A model generated the notes under the pieces. That model did not search any database, had not been told where the DNA came from, and saw only the letters and a program-made list of their open reading frames with translations. Position numbers and translations under genes: made by a program. From an uncultured Tissierellaceae bacterium (GTDB taxonomy: Bacteria; Bacillota; Clostridia; Tissierellales; Tissierellaceae): 64,000 nucleotides of DNA. The stretch spans positions 57,938 to 121,937 of the forward strand of contig CAZWTU010000001.1 in assembly GCA_964637035.1 (NCBI GenBank). The letters are read 5' to 3'. Of the stretch, positions 20,241-30,431 are shown piece after piece. How positions within the stretch are numbered: position 1 is the stretch's first letter; each line of letters begins with the position of its first letter.

Positions 20241-21322
20241 GAATAAAAAAATATATAGGAAACACTTCACATGAAGCTATGACAGAACTTAAAAACGAGC
20301 TAGGCCGTGATGCAGTGGTACTAAGTACAAAGTCAATTCGCAGAAAAGGAATTTTTAAATACCTTAAAAAACCTTTAATTGAAATAACTGCAGCCTATGA
20401 AGAAAAGGATATATTTTCAAGAAATAACAATAGACAAAATAATGACAGTTTAACCCATATAAATAATGAATTAATAAAAATAAAGGAAAGTATTAACAAT
20501 ATTCCTTTACACAAAGAAAAATATGAATTAACTTCATCTGCCTTAAGAGAATATAATAAGATTCTCATAAATAATGGTGTCAATCCTAAAGTTTCTTATG
20601 AGGTTTTAAAAAAAATAGAAGAAGATATAGACCTCAGTAATAAAGATGAAAATACTATAAACGAAATAGTCAAATACACGCTGTCTGAAATATTAGGAGT
20701 CCCAAAACCTATCTCTTTTGGTAAAGAACAAAAGATATACTTCTTTATTGGACCTACAGGAGTTGGGAAAACCACAACCTTAGCCAAGATTGCTTCGAAT
20801 TTAGTCTTAAATGAAAGGGTAGATATAGGATTAATTACTAGTGATACTTATCGGATAGCTGCTGTAGAACAATTAAGAATTTATAGCAATATTCTACAAT
20901 TACCCTTAGAAATAGCATATAATAAAGATGAGACCATAAAAGCTATTAATAAATTTAAAAATAAAGATATTATTCTAATAGATACATCTGGAAGAAATCA
21001 TAATGATCTAAAACAAATCCAAGAATTAAATAGTATTCTTGACTCAAGTGATAATAAGGAAAGCTTTCTCCTAATAAGTGCTAATTTAGATTTTAACTTG
21101 TTAGAAAACCTTATTAACAAATATGAATTTTTAGAAGACTTTAATTTGATAATAACAAAAATTGATGAATCAAAAAATTATGGTAGTTTTTTAAACGTAA
21201 AATATCTGACACAACAGAAACTTTCATATTATACAGTTGGTCAAAATGTACCGGATGATATTAGGCTTGTAAATATAGAGGAAATGGTTGATAGCTTATT
21301 AGAGGAGAACAATGATGAATGA
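20237..21322 (+). CDS. flhF: Flagellar SRP-type GTPase FlhF
   Basis: ATGA overlap with flhA. G1 GPTGVGKTTTLAKIA and G3 DTSGR. Confidence 0.9.
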   Translation: MRIKKYIGNTSHEAMTELKNELGRDAVVLSTKSIRRKGIFKYLKKPLIEITAAYEEKDIFSRNNNRQNNDSLTHINNELIKIKESINNIPLHKEKYELTSSALREYNKILINNGVNPKVSYEVLKKIEEDIDLSNKDENTINEIVKYTLSEILGVPKPISFGKEQKIYFFIGPTGVGKTTTLAKIASNLVLNERVDIGLITSDTYRIAAVEQLRIYSNILQLPLEIAYNKDETIKAINKFKNKDIILIDTSGRNHNDLKQIQELNSILDSSDNKESFLLISANLDFNLLENLINKYEFLEDFNLIITKIDESKNYGSFLNVKYLTQQKLSYYTVGQNVPDDIRLVNIEEMVDSLLEENNDE

Positions 21323-22214
21323 TCAAGCAGAAAAACTTAGAAAGTTAATGGATAACCCTAATAATAAAATGCGGTTTTTACAAAACAAAAGGGATAAAAA
21401 AGCAAAAATAATTTCAATTTCTAGTGGTAAAGGTGGCGTTGGTAAAACTAGCTTTGCTTTAAACTTTTCTATCTCTCTAAGACGTTTAGGTTATGAAATA
21501 GCTGTTATAGATGCAGATATAGGATTAAGCAATATAGAAATCTTGTCAGGAATTAACATAAATCATTCAATATCTGATATAATGTTCTCTAATAAAAGTA
21601 TTTTTGACATTACTGCAATAGGACCTGAAGGAATTAAAATTATTTCTGGCGGCTCTGGATTTAAAGAGTTTAAGCTTTTTAAAGAAGATAATTTCATGAA
21701 ATTCGTAGAAGAAATCGAAAAGTTACAATCTACTGTAGATTTTATTATTATAGATACAGGAGCAGGAATATCTGAAAATGTAATTGATTTTATCATGGCA
21801 ACTGAAGAATTAATACTAATTTGTACACCTGACCCTACTTCTATAATGGATTCTTATATTTTGATTAAAGCATTACTTAATAGTGGATTTAATGGGAAAT
21901 TAAATTTAATATCAAACATTGTAAGTGGTCCTAAAGAAGGAAAGGAGATATTTAACAAGGTACAAAGTACCGTACGGAGTTTTTTAAAATTTGATATTAA
22001 TTATTTAGGATATATTGAAAAAAGTGTTTTAGCAAGCGACTCTATAAAAGACCAAGTTCCTTTCATAGTATCTAAGCCTAATAGTTCTATTTCAAAAAAA
22101 ATAAATATAATAGCAATGAATTTTATTGATGATAAACATTTAGCTAACATAAATAGTAAAGAAACAAGTTTTGCTCAAAAAATCCTTCAAATTTTCAAGA
22201 AGAGAGGTAGTTGA
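21312..22214 (+). CDS. flhG: MinD/ParA-type flagellar number regulator FlhG (YlxH)
   Basis: Deviant Walker A SGKGGVGKTS. Follows flhF. Confidence 0.88.
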   Translation: MMNDQAEKLRKLMDNPNNKMRFLQNKRDKKAKIISISSGKGGVGKTSFALNFSISLRRLGYEIAVIDADIGLSNIEILSGININHSISDIMFSNKSIFDITAIGPEGIKIISGGSGFKEFKLFKEDNFMKFVEEIEKLQSTVDFIIIDTGAGISENVIDFIMATEELILICTPDPTSIMDSYILIKALLNSGFNGKLNLISNIVSGPKEGKEIFNKVQSTVRSFLKFDINYLGYIEKSVLASDSIKDQVPFIVSKPNSSISKKINIIAMNFIDDKHLANINSKETSFAQKILQIFKKRGS

Positions 22215-22885
22215 TTGAATTGAACAATAATGACTTTACTGTAGGTATGAAAATATATATTGAAACACCAGATCAATTTGAAGAAAATAAAATAATTATT
22301 TATCCTTCACAAATTTTAGATATACTAGGTCCAAATAAAATTTTAATAAGCGGACCGATTAAAAATGGAAAATTAATATTTTTACATAAAAATGATGAAA
22401 TCAATATATCTTATAATATTTTAAATAAAGGTAAACATTCTTTTCAAGGAAAAGTTTTATCTAGAAAGCTTACTAATATGTATACATTGATTATAGAAAA
22501 AATCTCAAAAACAATAAATGTTCAAAACAGAGAGTTTTTTAGATTAGATACAACAATTCCTGTAATTAAAAATTTTAAAAAGGGTAAATTAAATGAAGAT
22601 ATCCATATTGAAAAATGTGAAACAAAAGACATATCCGGTAGTGGAGTAAAATTACATACAAATTATAAACATAAAATAGGCGATAATGTAATTTGTTTGT
22701 TTACAATATTAAAACAAGAGATTTCAATTGCTTGTAAGGTCATAAGGATTGCAGAAATTGACAGCTTTAATTATAAATATTCTTTAGGACTTACGTTTTT
22801 AAATATTCCTGAAAAATACCAGGATATAATTATTAGATATATTTTTAATGAACAAAGAAAATTAAGATTAAAAGGGTTGGTGTAA
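22211..22885 (+). CDS. PilZ-domain protein (YcgR/MotI-type flagellar brake candidate)
   Basis: TTG start. Both canonical c-di-GMP-binding PilZ motifs are present: RxxxR (NREFFRLD) and DxSxxG (DISGSGVKL). N-terminal YcgR-like half. Confidence 0.8.
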   Translation: MIELNNNDFTVGMKIYIETPDQFEENKIIIYPSQILDILGPNKILISGPIKNGKLIFLHKNDEINISYNILNKGKHSFQGKVLSRKLTNMYTLIIEKISKTINVQNREFFRLDTTIPVIKNFKKGKLNEDIHIEKCETKDISGSGVKLHTNYKHKIGDNVICLFTILKQEISIACKVIRIAEIDSFNYKYSLGLTFLNIPEKYQDIIIRYIFNEQRKLRLKGLV

Positions 22886-23929
22886 ATGATAAAGGTTTTG
22901 ATAGTAGATGATTCTGCTTTAATTAGGAGAATATTAACTGATATATTAAATACAGATGATGAAATATCTGTTGTTGGTACTGCTAGGAATGGTAAGGAAG
23001 CTTTAGAAAAAATAGAAATTTTAAAGCCAGACCTTGTAACTTTAGATATTGAAATGCCAATAATGGACGGTATTACTGCATTACAACATATTGTAAGTAA
23101 ATATAAGATACCTGTTATTATGATTAGCACTTTATCCCAGGAAGGTGCAGAACTTACTATAAAAGCATTGGATGAAGGGGCTGTTGATTTTTTACCCAAA
23201 CCTAATAATGTTTTCAATTTAAGTAAGGAAGATATTTCCAGTGATATAATAAACAAAATAAAAGCAGGGGCAAATTCTAAGATAATCCATGCCCAACCTA
23301 TTGAATTACCACTCAAAGATATAAAATTAAAGCAGAAAGTTGATAGAGGTAAAAAAATTAATTATATTGTATCCATTGGATCTTCTACAGGTGGGCCAAG
23401 AGCATTACAGAATGTATTATCCAGATTACCAAAAGATATAAATGCTTCCATAGTTATAGCTCAGCATATGCCACCCAAGTTCACCAAATCTTTAGCAGAT
23501 AGATTGAACTCAATATCAGAAATTATAGTAAAGGAAGCTGAAGAAGGTGAGATTTTGGAAAAGGGATGTGCATATATAGCACCTGGGGATTTTCATATGA
23601 GAATAGTAAAAGAAGAAAATAATTTAGTAATCAGATTAAACAAAAGCCCAAAAATAATGGGACTAAGACCTACAGTAGATAATTTAATGGAATCTGTTGC
23701 TGAAATAAAAGAATATTTAAAACTAGGTGTGATTTTAACAGGCATGGGTTCCGATGGGGCAAAGGGTATTATGGCTATAAAGAAATCTAAGGCATATACA
23801 ATTGCTCAAGATGAAGCATCGTCTGTTGTGTATGGTATGCCTAGGGCTTCAATAGAAACAGGCCTTATAGATACTGTATTACCTATTCATGAAATTGGAG
23901 ATAAAATTTCAAATAAAGTGGGGGTGTAA
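22886..23929 (+). CDS. cheB: Chemotaxis methylesterase/response regulator CheB
   Basis: Receiver (VDDSALIRR, DIEMPIMDG) plus a methylesterase domain (GSSTGGPRAL, AQHMPP, GMGSDGA). Confidence 0.93.
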   Translation: MIKVLIVDDSALIRRILTDILNTDDEISVVGTARNGKEALEKIEILKPDLVTLDIEMPIMDGITALQHIVSKYKIPVIMISTLSQEGAELTIKALDEGAVDFLPKPNNVFNLSKEDISSDIINKIKAGANSKIIHAQPIELPLKDIKLKQKVDRGKKINYIVSIGSSTGGPRALQNVLSRLPKDINASIVIAQHMPPKFTKSLADRLNSISEIIVKEAEEGEILEKGCAYIAPGDFHMRIVKEENNLVIRLNKSPKIMGLRPTVDNLMESVAEIKEYLKLGVILTGMGSDGAKGIMAIKKSKAYTIAQDEASSVVYGMPRASIETGLIDTVLPIHEIGDKISNKVGV

Positions 23930-23931
23930 TT

Positions 23932-25929
23932 ATGGATTTAGATATTAGCCAATATATTAATATATTTATTGAGGAATCTAAAGAGCATTTACAAACTATG
24001 AATGATGTACTATTAGAATTAGAAAAGGACTCGTCACATTTAGGGTATATAAATGAAATTTTCAGAGTTGCTCATACTCTTAAAGGAATGGCCGGAACTA
24101 TGGGCTTCAATAATATGGCAAATTTAACACATGAAATGGAAAACGTTTTGCAAGCTACCCGAAGTAATGAATTAATCTTATCAAATGAAGTCATTGACAT
24201 ATTATTTGAGTGCTTTGATGCTTTAGAATTATCCATTGCCACTGTTGGAGAAGAAGGTGCAGAAAGCAAGGACACTAATATAGAATTAATAAATAAATTA
24301 AGAATCTTACTGGATAATGATAAAAACATGGCAGAATTAAATGAAGAAACTATTATAACCGATAAAATAGAGATTGACACTTATGTTCTAGATGTAATAG
24401 ATAAAGCAATCAAAAGAGAACTTAATGTTTTCAACATTGAGTTTATTTTAAGTGATTCCTGTATGCTTAAATCCGCTAGGGCTTTTATTATATTCAATAC
24501 CCTAGAAGAGATGGGGGAAATTGTTTATTCTAAACCCTCTGTAGAAGATATAGAAGACGAAAAATTCGAAAGACAATTTACTGTAATTATTATAACAGAA
24601 AAATCTAAAGAATTTGTATCTAAAGAATTGAGCAAAATTTCTGAAGTAGATTATGTAATGATAGACCCATTTAACGACTTAAATTACCAGATCTATCAAA
24701 ATGAAATTCCTAGTAATGAAAAAAGGGAACTCAAAGATAATATAAAAGATATTGATGTAAAGGCAAATTATCAAAAACCTGGAAAAATCACAAAAACAGT
24801 TAGGGTAGATATAGAGCGATTAGACAATTTAATGAACTTAGTTAGCGAACTAATAATAATAAAAACTAGGATGGACGATGTTAGCGAAAACTCATCTGCT
24901 ACTAATATAAGTGAAACTATCGAATATTTAGAAAGAATTACTACAAACTTACACGATGCAGTGACTAAGGTTAGAATGGTTCCTATAGAAAGGGTTTTTA
25001 ATAGATTTCCTAGATTAGTTAGAGATTTATCTAAAGAATTGGGAAAAGATATTGAATTGGAAATGACAGGAGAAGAAACAGAGGTGGACAGAACGGTTAT
25101 TGATGAAATAGGAGACCCCTTAATTCATTTAATCAGAAATTCAATAGATCATGGGATTGAGTTACCAGAAAATAGGGTTAAAATAGGTAAGCCGGAAATG
25201 GGAAAGGTCATATTGAAATCTTACCCTGATGGAAATAACGTTGTAATAGAAGTAGAAGATGATGGTAAGGGAATAGATTGTAGTGCAATTAGAAAAAAAG
25301 CTATTGAGAAGGGAATAATTGATGAAAGACAAATTGAAACTATGACAGATGAAGAAAGTATAAATCTACTTTTTGAAGCTGGATTTAGTACATCTGATAG
25401 TGTTTCTGATGTTTCTGGTCGTGGAGTGGGCTTGGATGTTGTTAAAAGTAAAATAGAATCTATTAATGGTAATATAGAAGTTCAAACTGGTGAAAATATA
25501 GGGTCAAGATTCATTATTAGAATTCCATTAACCTTGGCAATTATTCAAGCATTATTAATAAAAGTTAGTTCGGAAATATATGCAATTCCTTTAAGTTCCA
25601 TAACAGAGATAATAAATATATCAGGTGATGAAATTAGGGACATACAAGGACAAAATGTTATTCTTTATAGAGGTGAAACCCTACCTATTATAAGATTAAG
25701 TGATATCTTTGGTATAGAGGGAGAAGAAGATAAAAATGAATTAACAGTTGTTGTAGTAAAAAAAGGGGACAAGCAAGCAGGTTTAATGGTAGATAATTTA
25801 ATAGGCCAACAAGAAATTGTAATTAAAGGATTGGGAAAATATCTAAGTAAAGTAAAATATTTATCGGGAGCAACTATACTTGGTAATGGTAATATATCTT
25901 TAATCATAGATGTTAATTCACTAATATAG
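23932..25929 (+). CDS. cheA: Chemotaxis histidine kinase CheA
   Basis: P1 His box AHTLKGMAG, N box HLIRNSIDHG, G1 DDGKGID, G2 GRGVGLD, and a C-terminal CheW-like domain. Confidence 0.96.
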   Translation: MDLDISQYINIFIEESKEHLQTMNDVLLELEKDSSHLGYINEIFRVAHTLKGMAGTMGFNNMANLTHEMENVLQATRSNELILSNEVIDILFECFDALELSIATVGEEGAESKDTNIELINKLRILLDNDKNMAELNEETIITDKIEIDTYVLDVIDKAIKRELNVFNIEFILSDSCMLKSARAFIIFNTLEEMGEIVYSKPSVEDIEDEKFERQFTVIIITEKSKEFVSKELSKISEVDYVMIDPFNDLNYQIYQNEIPSNEKRELKDNIKDIDVKANYQKPGKITKTVRVDIERLDNLMNLVSELIIIKTRMDDVSENSSATNISETIEYLERITTNLHDAVTKVRMVPIERVFNRFPRLVRDLSKELGKDIELEMTGEETEVDRTVIDEIGDPLIHLIRNSIDHGIELPENRVKIGKPEMGKVILKSYPDGNNVVIEVEDDGKGIDCSAIRKKAIEKGIIDERQIETMTDEESINLLFEAGFSTSDSVSDVSGRGVGLDVVKSKIESINGNIEVQTGENIGSRFIIRIPLTLAIIQALLIKVSSEIYAIPLSSITEIINISGDEIRDIQGQNVILYRGETLPIIRLSDIFGIEGEEDKNELTVVVVKKGDKQAGLMVDNLIGQQEIVIKGLGKYLSKVKYLSGATILGNGNISLIIDVNSLI

Positions 25930-25939
25930 GAGGTTAGCT

Positions 25940-26371
25940 ATGGAGTCTACTATGGATAATAAATATGTTATATTTAAGATGGATAATGAGTATTATGGAA
26001 TTAGTATCGAATCAGTTATTTCAATAGAAAAAATGGAAAATATAACTCGTATACCCAATAGTCCGAAACACATTAAAGGGGTTATTAATTTAAGAGGGGA
26101 AGTAATTACTTTAGTTAGCTTAAGAAACAAGATTAATATGGAGGATAAAGAAATAAATAGTAATTCCAGAATAATAGTAGTAAGTAAAGACGATATAACG
26201 TTGGGACTTATTGTAGATTCATCCTCAGAAGTTATGGAGATTGACCCTAATAATATTGATAATCCACCATCTACTTCAGATAATCAAGCCTCGACACATA
26301 TAGATGGTATTGGTAAGGTAGATGGAAAATTAGTAATACTATTAGATTTGTCAAAAATACTTGAATATTAA
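25940..26371 (+). CDS. cheW: Chemotaxis coupling protein CheW
   Basis: 143 aa. YVIFKMDNEYYGISIESV...INLRGEVITLVSL pattern typical of CheW. Confidence 0.9.
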   Translation: MESTMDNKYVIFKMDNEYYGISIESVISIEKMENITRIPNSPKHIKGVINLRGEVITLVSLRNKINMEDKEINSNSRIIVVSKDDITLGLIVDSSSEVMEIDPNNIDNPPSTSDNQASTHIDGIGKVDGKLVILLDLSKILEY

Positions 26372-26383
26372 AGGGGTACTTAT

Positions 26384-26998
26384 ATGTCAATAAACATTGA
26401 AAATTTAAATAGTTTTATGATAGATATACTTAAGGAGCTAGGAAATATTGGTGCTGGTAATGCAGCTACATCCTTAGCATCAATGACTTCAAAAAAAATA
26501 GATATGAATGTCCCCAATGTAAAGATTTTGGAATTTAAGGACGTGGCTCCTATCCTAGGTGGTGAAGAAAATTTAGTTATAGGTATTTATTTTGAGTTAT
26601 CTGGGGATATAAAAGGCAATATAATGTTTGCCTTAAATATGACCTCAGCAAATAATTTAACAAATATTTTATTTAATAGGGAAAAAAAGGGAGAAGAATT
26701 AGATGAAATGGATATCTCTGCTTTGTCTGAAATCGGTAACATTTTAGCAGCGTCCTATGCAAACTCCTTGTCAGCACTAACCAACTTAAAAATAATGGTT
26801 TCCGTGCCTTCTATTTCTATAGATATGGCAGGTGCAATATTAAGCGTTCCAGCTATTCAATTTGGGTATGTTTCTGATCATGCTTTACTAATAGAAACAA
26901 TTTTTCAAGAAAATGAAAATCTAGTAGAAGGGAATCTATTTTTCCTTCCTGAAATGTCATCATTCAATAAAATATTAAAAGGATTAGGAGTTAGTTAG
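26384..26998 (+). CDS. cheC: CheY-P phosphatase CheC
   Basis: 204 aa with two CheC repeats (ELGNIGAGNAATSL; ALSEIGNILAASYANSL). Precedes cheD. Confidence 0.82.
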   Translation: MSINIENLNSFMIDILKELGNIGAGNAATSLASMTSKKIDMNVPNVKILEFKDVAPILGGEENLVIGIYFELSGDIKGNIMFALNMTSANNLTNILFNREKKGEELDEMDISALSEIGNILAASYANSLSALTNLKIMVSVPSISIDMAGAILSVPAIQFGYVSDHALLIETIFQENENLVEGNLFFLPEMSSFNKILKGLGVS

Positions 26999-26999
26999 A

Positions 27000-27488
27000 A
27001 TGAATGAAACAACTATAAAGGTAGGTATGGCAGATCTTAATGTTGCAAAAGCACCAGTTTTCTTAACTACTCTTGGTTTGGGTTCTTGCGTAGGAATAAT
27101 ATTATATGATAAGGTAAACAAAATAGGCGGGTTAGCCCATATTATGTTGCCATCCAGCCTAGAAATAAAAAACAATTCCAATAAGGCTAAATTTGCTGAT
27201 ACGGGAATAGATGAACTTATTTCTCAAATGATTAAAATTGGTGCTAGAAGGAATAACTTAGTGGCTAAAATTGCGGGCGGGTCCCAAATGTTTTCCTTTA
27301 ACTCCGATAGTAATATTTTAAAAATTGGTGAAAGAAATGTTATAGCGGTAAAGGAAAAATTAAAATCTTTAAATATTAGAATTTCATCTGAAGATACAGG
27401 TGGAAACTTTGGTAGAACCATAATACTAGATTCCACAGATGGTTCTTTATATATTAGAACTATTGGCCATGGTGAAAAAACCATATAG
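27000..27488 (+). CDS. cheD: Chemoreceptor glutamine deamidase CheD
   Basis: 162 aa. GLGSCVGIILYD (catalytic Cys context) and GLAHIMLP. Confidence 0.88.
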   Translation: MNETTIKVGMADLNVAKAPVFLTTLGLGSCVGIILYDKVNKIGGLAHIMLPSSLEIKNNSNKAKFADTGIDELISQMIKIGARRNNLVAKIAGGSQMFSFNSDSNILKIGERNVIAVKEKLKSLNIRISSEDTGGNFGRTIILDSTDGSLYIRTIGHGEKTI

Positions 27489-27506
27489 TTCTATGGAGGG
27501 ATTTAT

Positions 27507-28259
27507 ATGGACATAGATGCTTTATGGATAGAATACAAGCAAACACAAAAACAAGAAATAAAAAAACAACTAATAGAGAATTATCTAGATTTAGTAAAAA
27601 TAGTAGCAGGAAGAATGTATAATTATTATGGAAGTAAAATCGAATATGACGATTTATTAGGATATGGAATTCTAGGATTAATAGACAGTATAGATAAATT
27701 TGATATAAATAAGAATGTCAAGTTTTCTACATATGCTCAAATTCGCATAAGAGGAGCTATAATAGACAATATAAGGAAATTAGATTGGATTCCAAGATCT
27801 CTTAGGAAAAAATCTAAGGATGTTCAGGATGTAATTTTTAGACTTGAAAATAAATTGGGTAGAAGTCCTACAAATATAGAAATATCTAGGGAATTAGAAA
27901 TAAACTTAAAAGAATTAGAATTATTATTGGCAGATATTTCTACCTTTAATATCTCTTCTTTAGACGATTTAATTCTAAATAATATCAATTCACCAATAGA
28001 CTCATCTAAAGAAGAAAGTACTCCAGAATCGATTTTTGAAAAAAAAGAACTAAAAGAATTACTGGCAAATTCTATTGATTCACTAACAAATAATGAAAAA
28101 CTAGTTATATCTTTATATTATTACGATGAATTGACATATAAAGAAATAGGTAAAATAATAAATTTATCTGAGTCTAGAATTTCGCAAATCCACAGTAAAT
28201 CTATCTTGAAAATGAAAAATTTTCTCAGGTCACAAGGAATAAATGGGGGGATACAATGA
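27507..28259 (+). CDS. sigD: Flagellar sigma factor SigD/FliA (sigma-28)
   Basis: 250-aa sigma-70 family protein. Region 2 (DLLGYGILGLIDSIDKFD) and region 4 HTH (LTYKEIGKIINLSESRISQIHSKSILKM). Sits at the end of the fla/che operon as in B. subtilis. Confidence 0.9.
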   Translation: MDIDALWIEYKQTQKQEIKKQLIENYLDLVKIVAGRMYNYYGSKIEYDDLLGYGILGLIDSIDKFDINKNVKFSTYAQIRIRGAIIDNIRKLDWIPRSLRKKSKDVQDVIFRLENKLGRSPTNIEISRELEINLKELELLLADISTFNISSLDDLILNNINSPIDSSKEESTPESIFEKKELKELLANSIDSLTNNEKLVISLYYYDELTYKEIGKIINLSESRISQIHSKSILKMKNFLRSQGINGGIQ

Positions 28260-29632
28260 TAAAAATTCATGACAACATTGTTTTAGAAATTAGTAAAGAT
28301 GGGCTAAATGCTTATATTGATATAACTAAAAATAAAGATAAACCTATAGAATATAATCCACACAAGGTAATAAGTGAAATAGAAAAATATATTAAATTTG
28401 GACTAGAAAAAGAAACATTAATGAATATTAATATAAATCATATTCCACCAAATAAAATTTGCATTGCAAGGGGCAAATTACCAGTTGATGGAAAAGATGG
28501 TAGAATTAAGTATCATTTTAAACCTGTAATAAAGCTAATTCCAAAATTAGGAGACGATGGAACAGTGGATTACAGAGAATTAAACTCTATAAATAATATA
28601 TCTAAAGACCACATATTAGCTGAAATTATACCCCCAGTTAAGGGAACCAATGGAGTAAAAGTTACAGGTGAAGATATTCCGTTTACTAAAGGCAAAGAAA
28701 CAAAATTTAATAAAAGCAAAAATACTTATATCTCAGATGATGGCTTGTATTTAAAATCTGAAGTTGATGGTATAATAGAGTACAAAAATAATAAAGTTGG
28801 AGTTTCAAAAATATTAGTAGTTGATAATGTAGATAATAGTGTTGGAAACATTTGCTTTTCAGGCAATGTAACAGTAAATAAAGATTTACTAAATGGATAT
28901 AAGATTGAAGCAAGTGGTGCAGTGGAAATTAAAGGTTCTTTAGAAGGGGGTTATATAAAATCTAAAGATGATGTTTTAATCAGACAAGGAGTACAGGGGT
29001 TTAATAAGTTAGCAGTAGAAACTAAGGGCAATTTAGCTACTAAGTATATTGAAAATTCTATAATAAATGTAGAAGGCAATATAACCGCGGAGGCTATAAT
29101 GCACAGTGATACCAGCTCTAAATCTAATATATTATTAATAGGGAAAAGAGGATTGATTGTTGGAGGGATATGTAGGGCTAATCATGAGATTAGAGCAAAA
29201 ATAATTGGTTCTAGCATGGCTACTAAAACTATTGTAGAAGTAGGGATAGATCCGGATATCAAAAGTAGATTCAAGGAAGTAGAGTACGAGTTTCAAAGCA
29301 ATAAAGATAAATTAAATAAGATAAATCAATCTTTGGCGGTTTTAGAAAAGTTGAAAAAATCCAATAAATTAGATAAAAATAAGGAAAAATTATATAATGA
29401 TTTAATAAAAGCTGAAAATACATTAAGTCTAAAAAATAGAATATTAGAGAAAGAGTATATTAACTTAAATAATAAAATGGAAGGTTTATCCACAGGGAAA
29501 ATCAAAGTCGCTGATACTATATATCCAGGTGTAAAGATAGTAATAGGAAAGTCTTATATTTTTATTAGAGAAGAAATGAAAAGATGCACATTTTTCAATG
29601 AAAAAAATGAGATTAGAATTGGACCATATTAA
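28256..29632 (+). CDS. FapA/DUF342-family flagellar-associated protein
   Basis: ATGA overlap with sigD. 458 aa with beta-helix-like repeats (VGNICFSGNVTV, GAVEIKGSLEGGYI, NVEGNITAEAI) followed by a coiled coil. Family recalled from memory. Confidence 0.7.
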   Translation: MIKIHDNIVLEISKDGLNAYIDITKNKDKPIEYNPHKVISEIEKYIKFGLEKETLMNININHIPPNKICIARGKLPVDGKDGRIKYHFKPVIKLIPKLGDDGTVDYRELNSINNISKDHILAEIIPPVKGTNGVKVTGEDIPFTKGKETKFNKSKNTYISDDGLYLKSEVDGIIEYKNNKVGVSKILVVDNVDNSVGNICFSGNVTVNKDLLNGYKIEASGAVEIKGSLEGGYIKSKDDVLIRQGVQGFNKLAVETKGNLATKYIENSIINVEGNITAEAIMHSDTSSKSNILLIGKRGLIVGGICRANHEIRAKIIGSSMATKTIVEVGIDPDIKSRFKEVEYEFQSNKDKLNKINQSLAVLEKLKKSNKLDKNKEKLYNDLIKAENTLSLKNRILEKEYINLNNKMEGLSTGKIKVADTIYPGVKIVIGKSYIFIREEMKRCTFFNEKNEIRIGPY

Positions 29633-29643
29633 GAGGTGAAGTT

Positions 29644-29961
29644 GTGAGTATTAAACCAGTTGATTTTAATGTTATGCTTCCAAAAACTCAAGAGATGTCA
29701 ATTTCTAAACATAATGAAAATATAAAAAATCAAAACATAGTACAAAGCCAATTTGTTCAACAAGACAAAGAAATTATAAAGCAAAAAAATAGAGTTAGTC
29801 AAAAAGAAAAAAATGAAAATATTCAAATAAAAAAAGACAACCAGTCTAATAGAGAAAGAAATTCTAAAGGTGAAAAAAGGAAAAATCTAAATAGTAAAGA
29901 TGATAAGGAACAAAATCGTAAGAATAAAAATGTGGGATTTAACGTGGATATACGTATATAA
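29644..29961 (+). CDS. Hypothetical K/N/Q-rich small protein
   Basis: GTG start 6 nt after GAGGTGAAG. 105 aa, low-complexity basic C-terminal two-thirds. No family recognised. Confidence 0.45.
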   Translation: MSIKPVDFNVMLPKTQEMSISKHNENIKNQNIVQSQFVQQDKEIIKQKNRVSQKEKNENIQIKKDNQSNRERNSKGEKRKNLNSKDDKEQNRKNKNVGFNVDIRI

Positions 29962-29974
29962 TATGAGGTGTTAT

Positions 29975-30403
29975 ATGTTAAATATAAGTTTAAGTTTAAT
30001 AGGTATTGTATTAATTATTTATTCATTATTTATTATCAAAAAAGATTTGTTGAAGGATGAAACTAAATTTGAAAAATTAAATGCCATTGAAGAAAATGTA
30101 AAAAACCATTATAACTCTACCAATGAAATAATTTTGAGTTTTAATGAATTAGTAGAGTTAAAACTTGAAGAAATAAATGTGGATACAAAAATTAAAACTG
30201 ATACTCCCAATATACAAACTACAGATTCTATTAATAAAAATAAAAAAGTACCAGAAATAAATAATTTTAATAAAAAGATTGATCCAACCCACAAGAAAGT
30301 AATGGAATTATTAGAAATTGGATTATCTGAGGTAGAAATTGCCAAAAGACTAAACAAAGGAATACGGGAAGTCGAAATTATAATAAAAATGTATAATAAA
30401 TAG
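29975..30403 (+). CDS. Hypothetical single-pass membrane protein with C-terminal HTH-like segment (SwrB position)
   Basis: ATG 29975 preceded by GAGGTG; track start 29900 would overlap the previous gene. TM LSLIGIVLIIYSLFII. C-terminal MELLEIGLSEVEIAKRLNKGIREVEIIIKMY looks like a sigma-region-4/LuxR-type HTH. Confidence 0.5.
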   Translation: MLNISLSLIGIVLIIYSLFIIKKDLLKDETKFEKLNAIEENVKNHYNSTNEIILSFNELVELKLEEINVDTKIKTDTPNIQTTDSINKNKKVPEINNFNKKIDPTHKKVMELLEIGLSEVEIAKRLNKGIREVEIIIKMYNK

Positions 30404-30431
30404 GCTTTATATTCATTAGGAAAAGATAAGA

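Noticed and set aside
22771-23316. 181-aa minus-strand ORF, the longest of about 50 minus-strand ORFs in the track (others include 1141..1605, 18065..18511, 3783..4217 and 55583..55957).
   Set aside because: All lie fully inside, or straddle, well-supported + strand genes. They have the S/I/L/F-rich low-complexity composition typical of the antisense of A/G-rich codons. They lack SD sequences and recognisable motifs. Open antisense frames are expected by chance in AT-rich genomes.
29900-29974. Track start at 29900 for the 167-aa ORF, overlapping the preceding gene by 62 nt.
   Set aside because: ATG 29975 has a GAGGTG SD at proper spacing and begins exactly at the TM helix. The extension (MIRNKIVRIKMWDLTWIYVYNMRCY) has no support.
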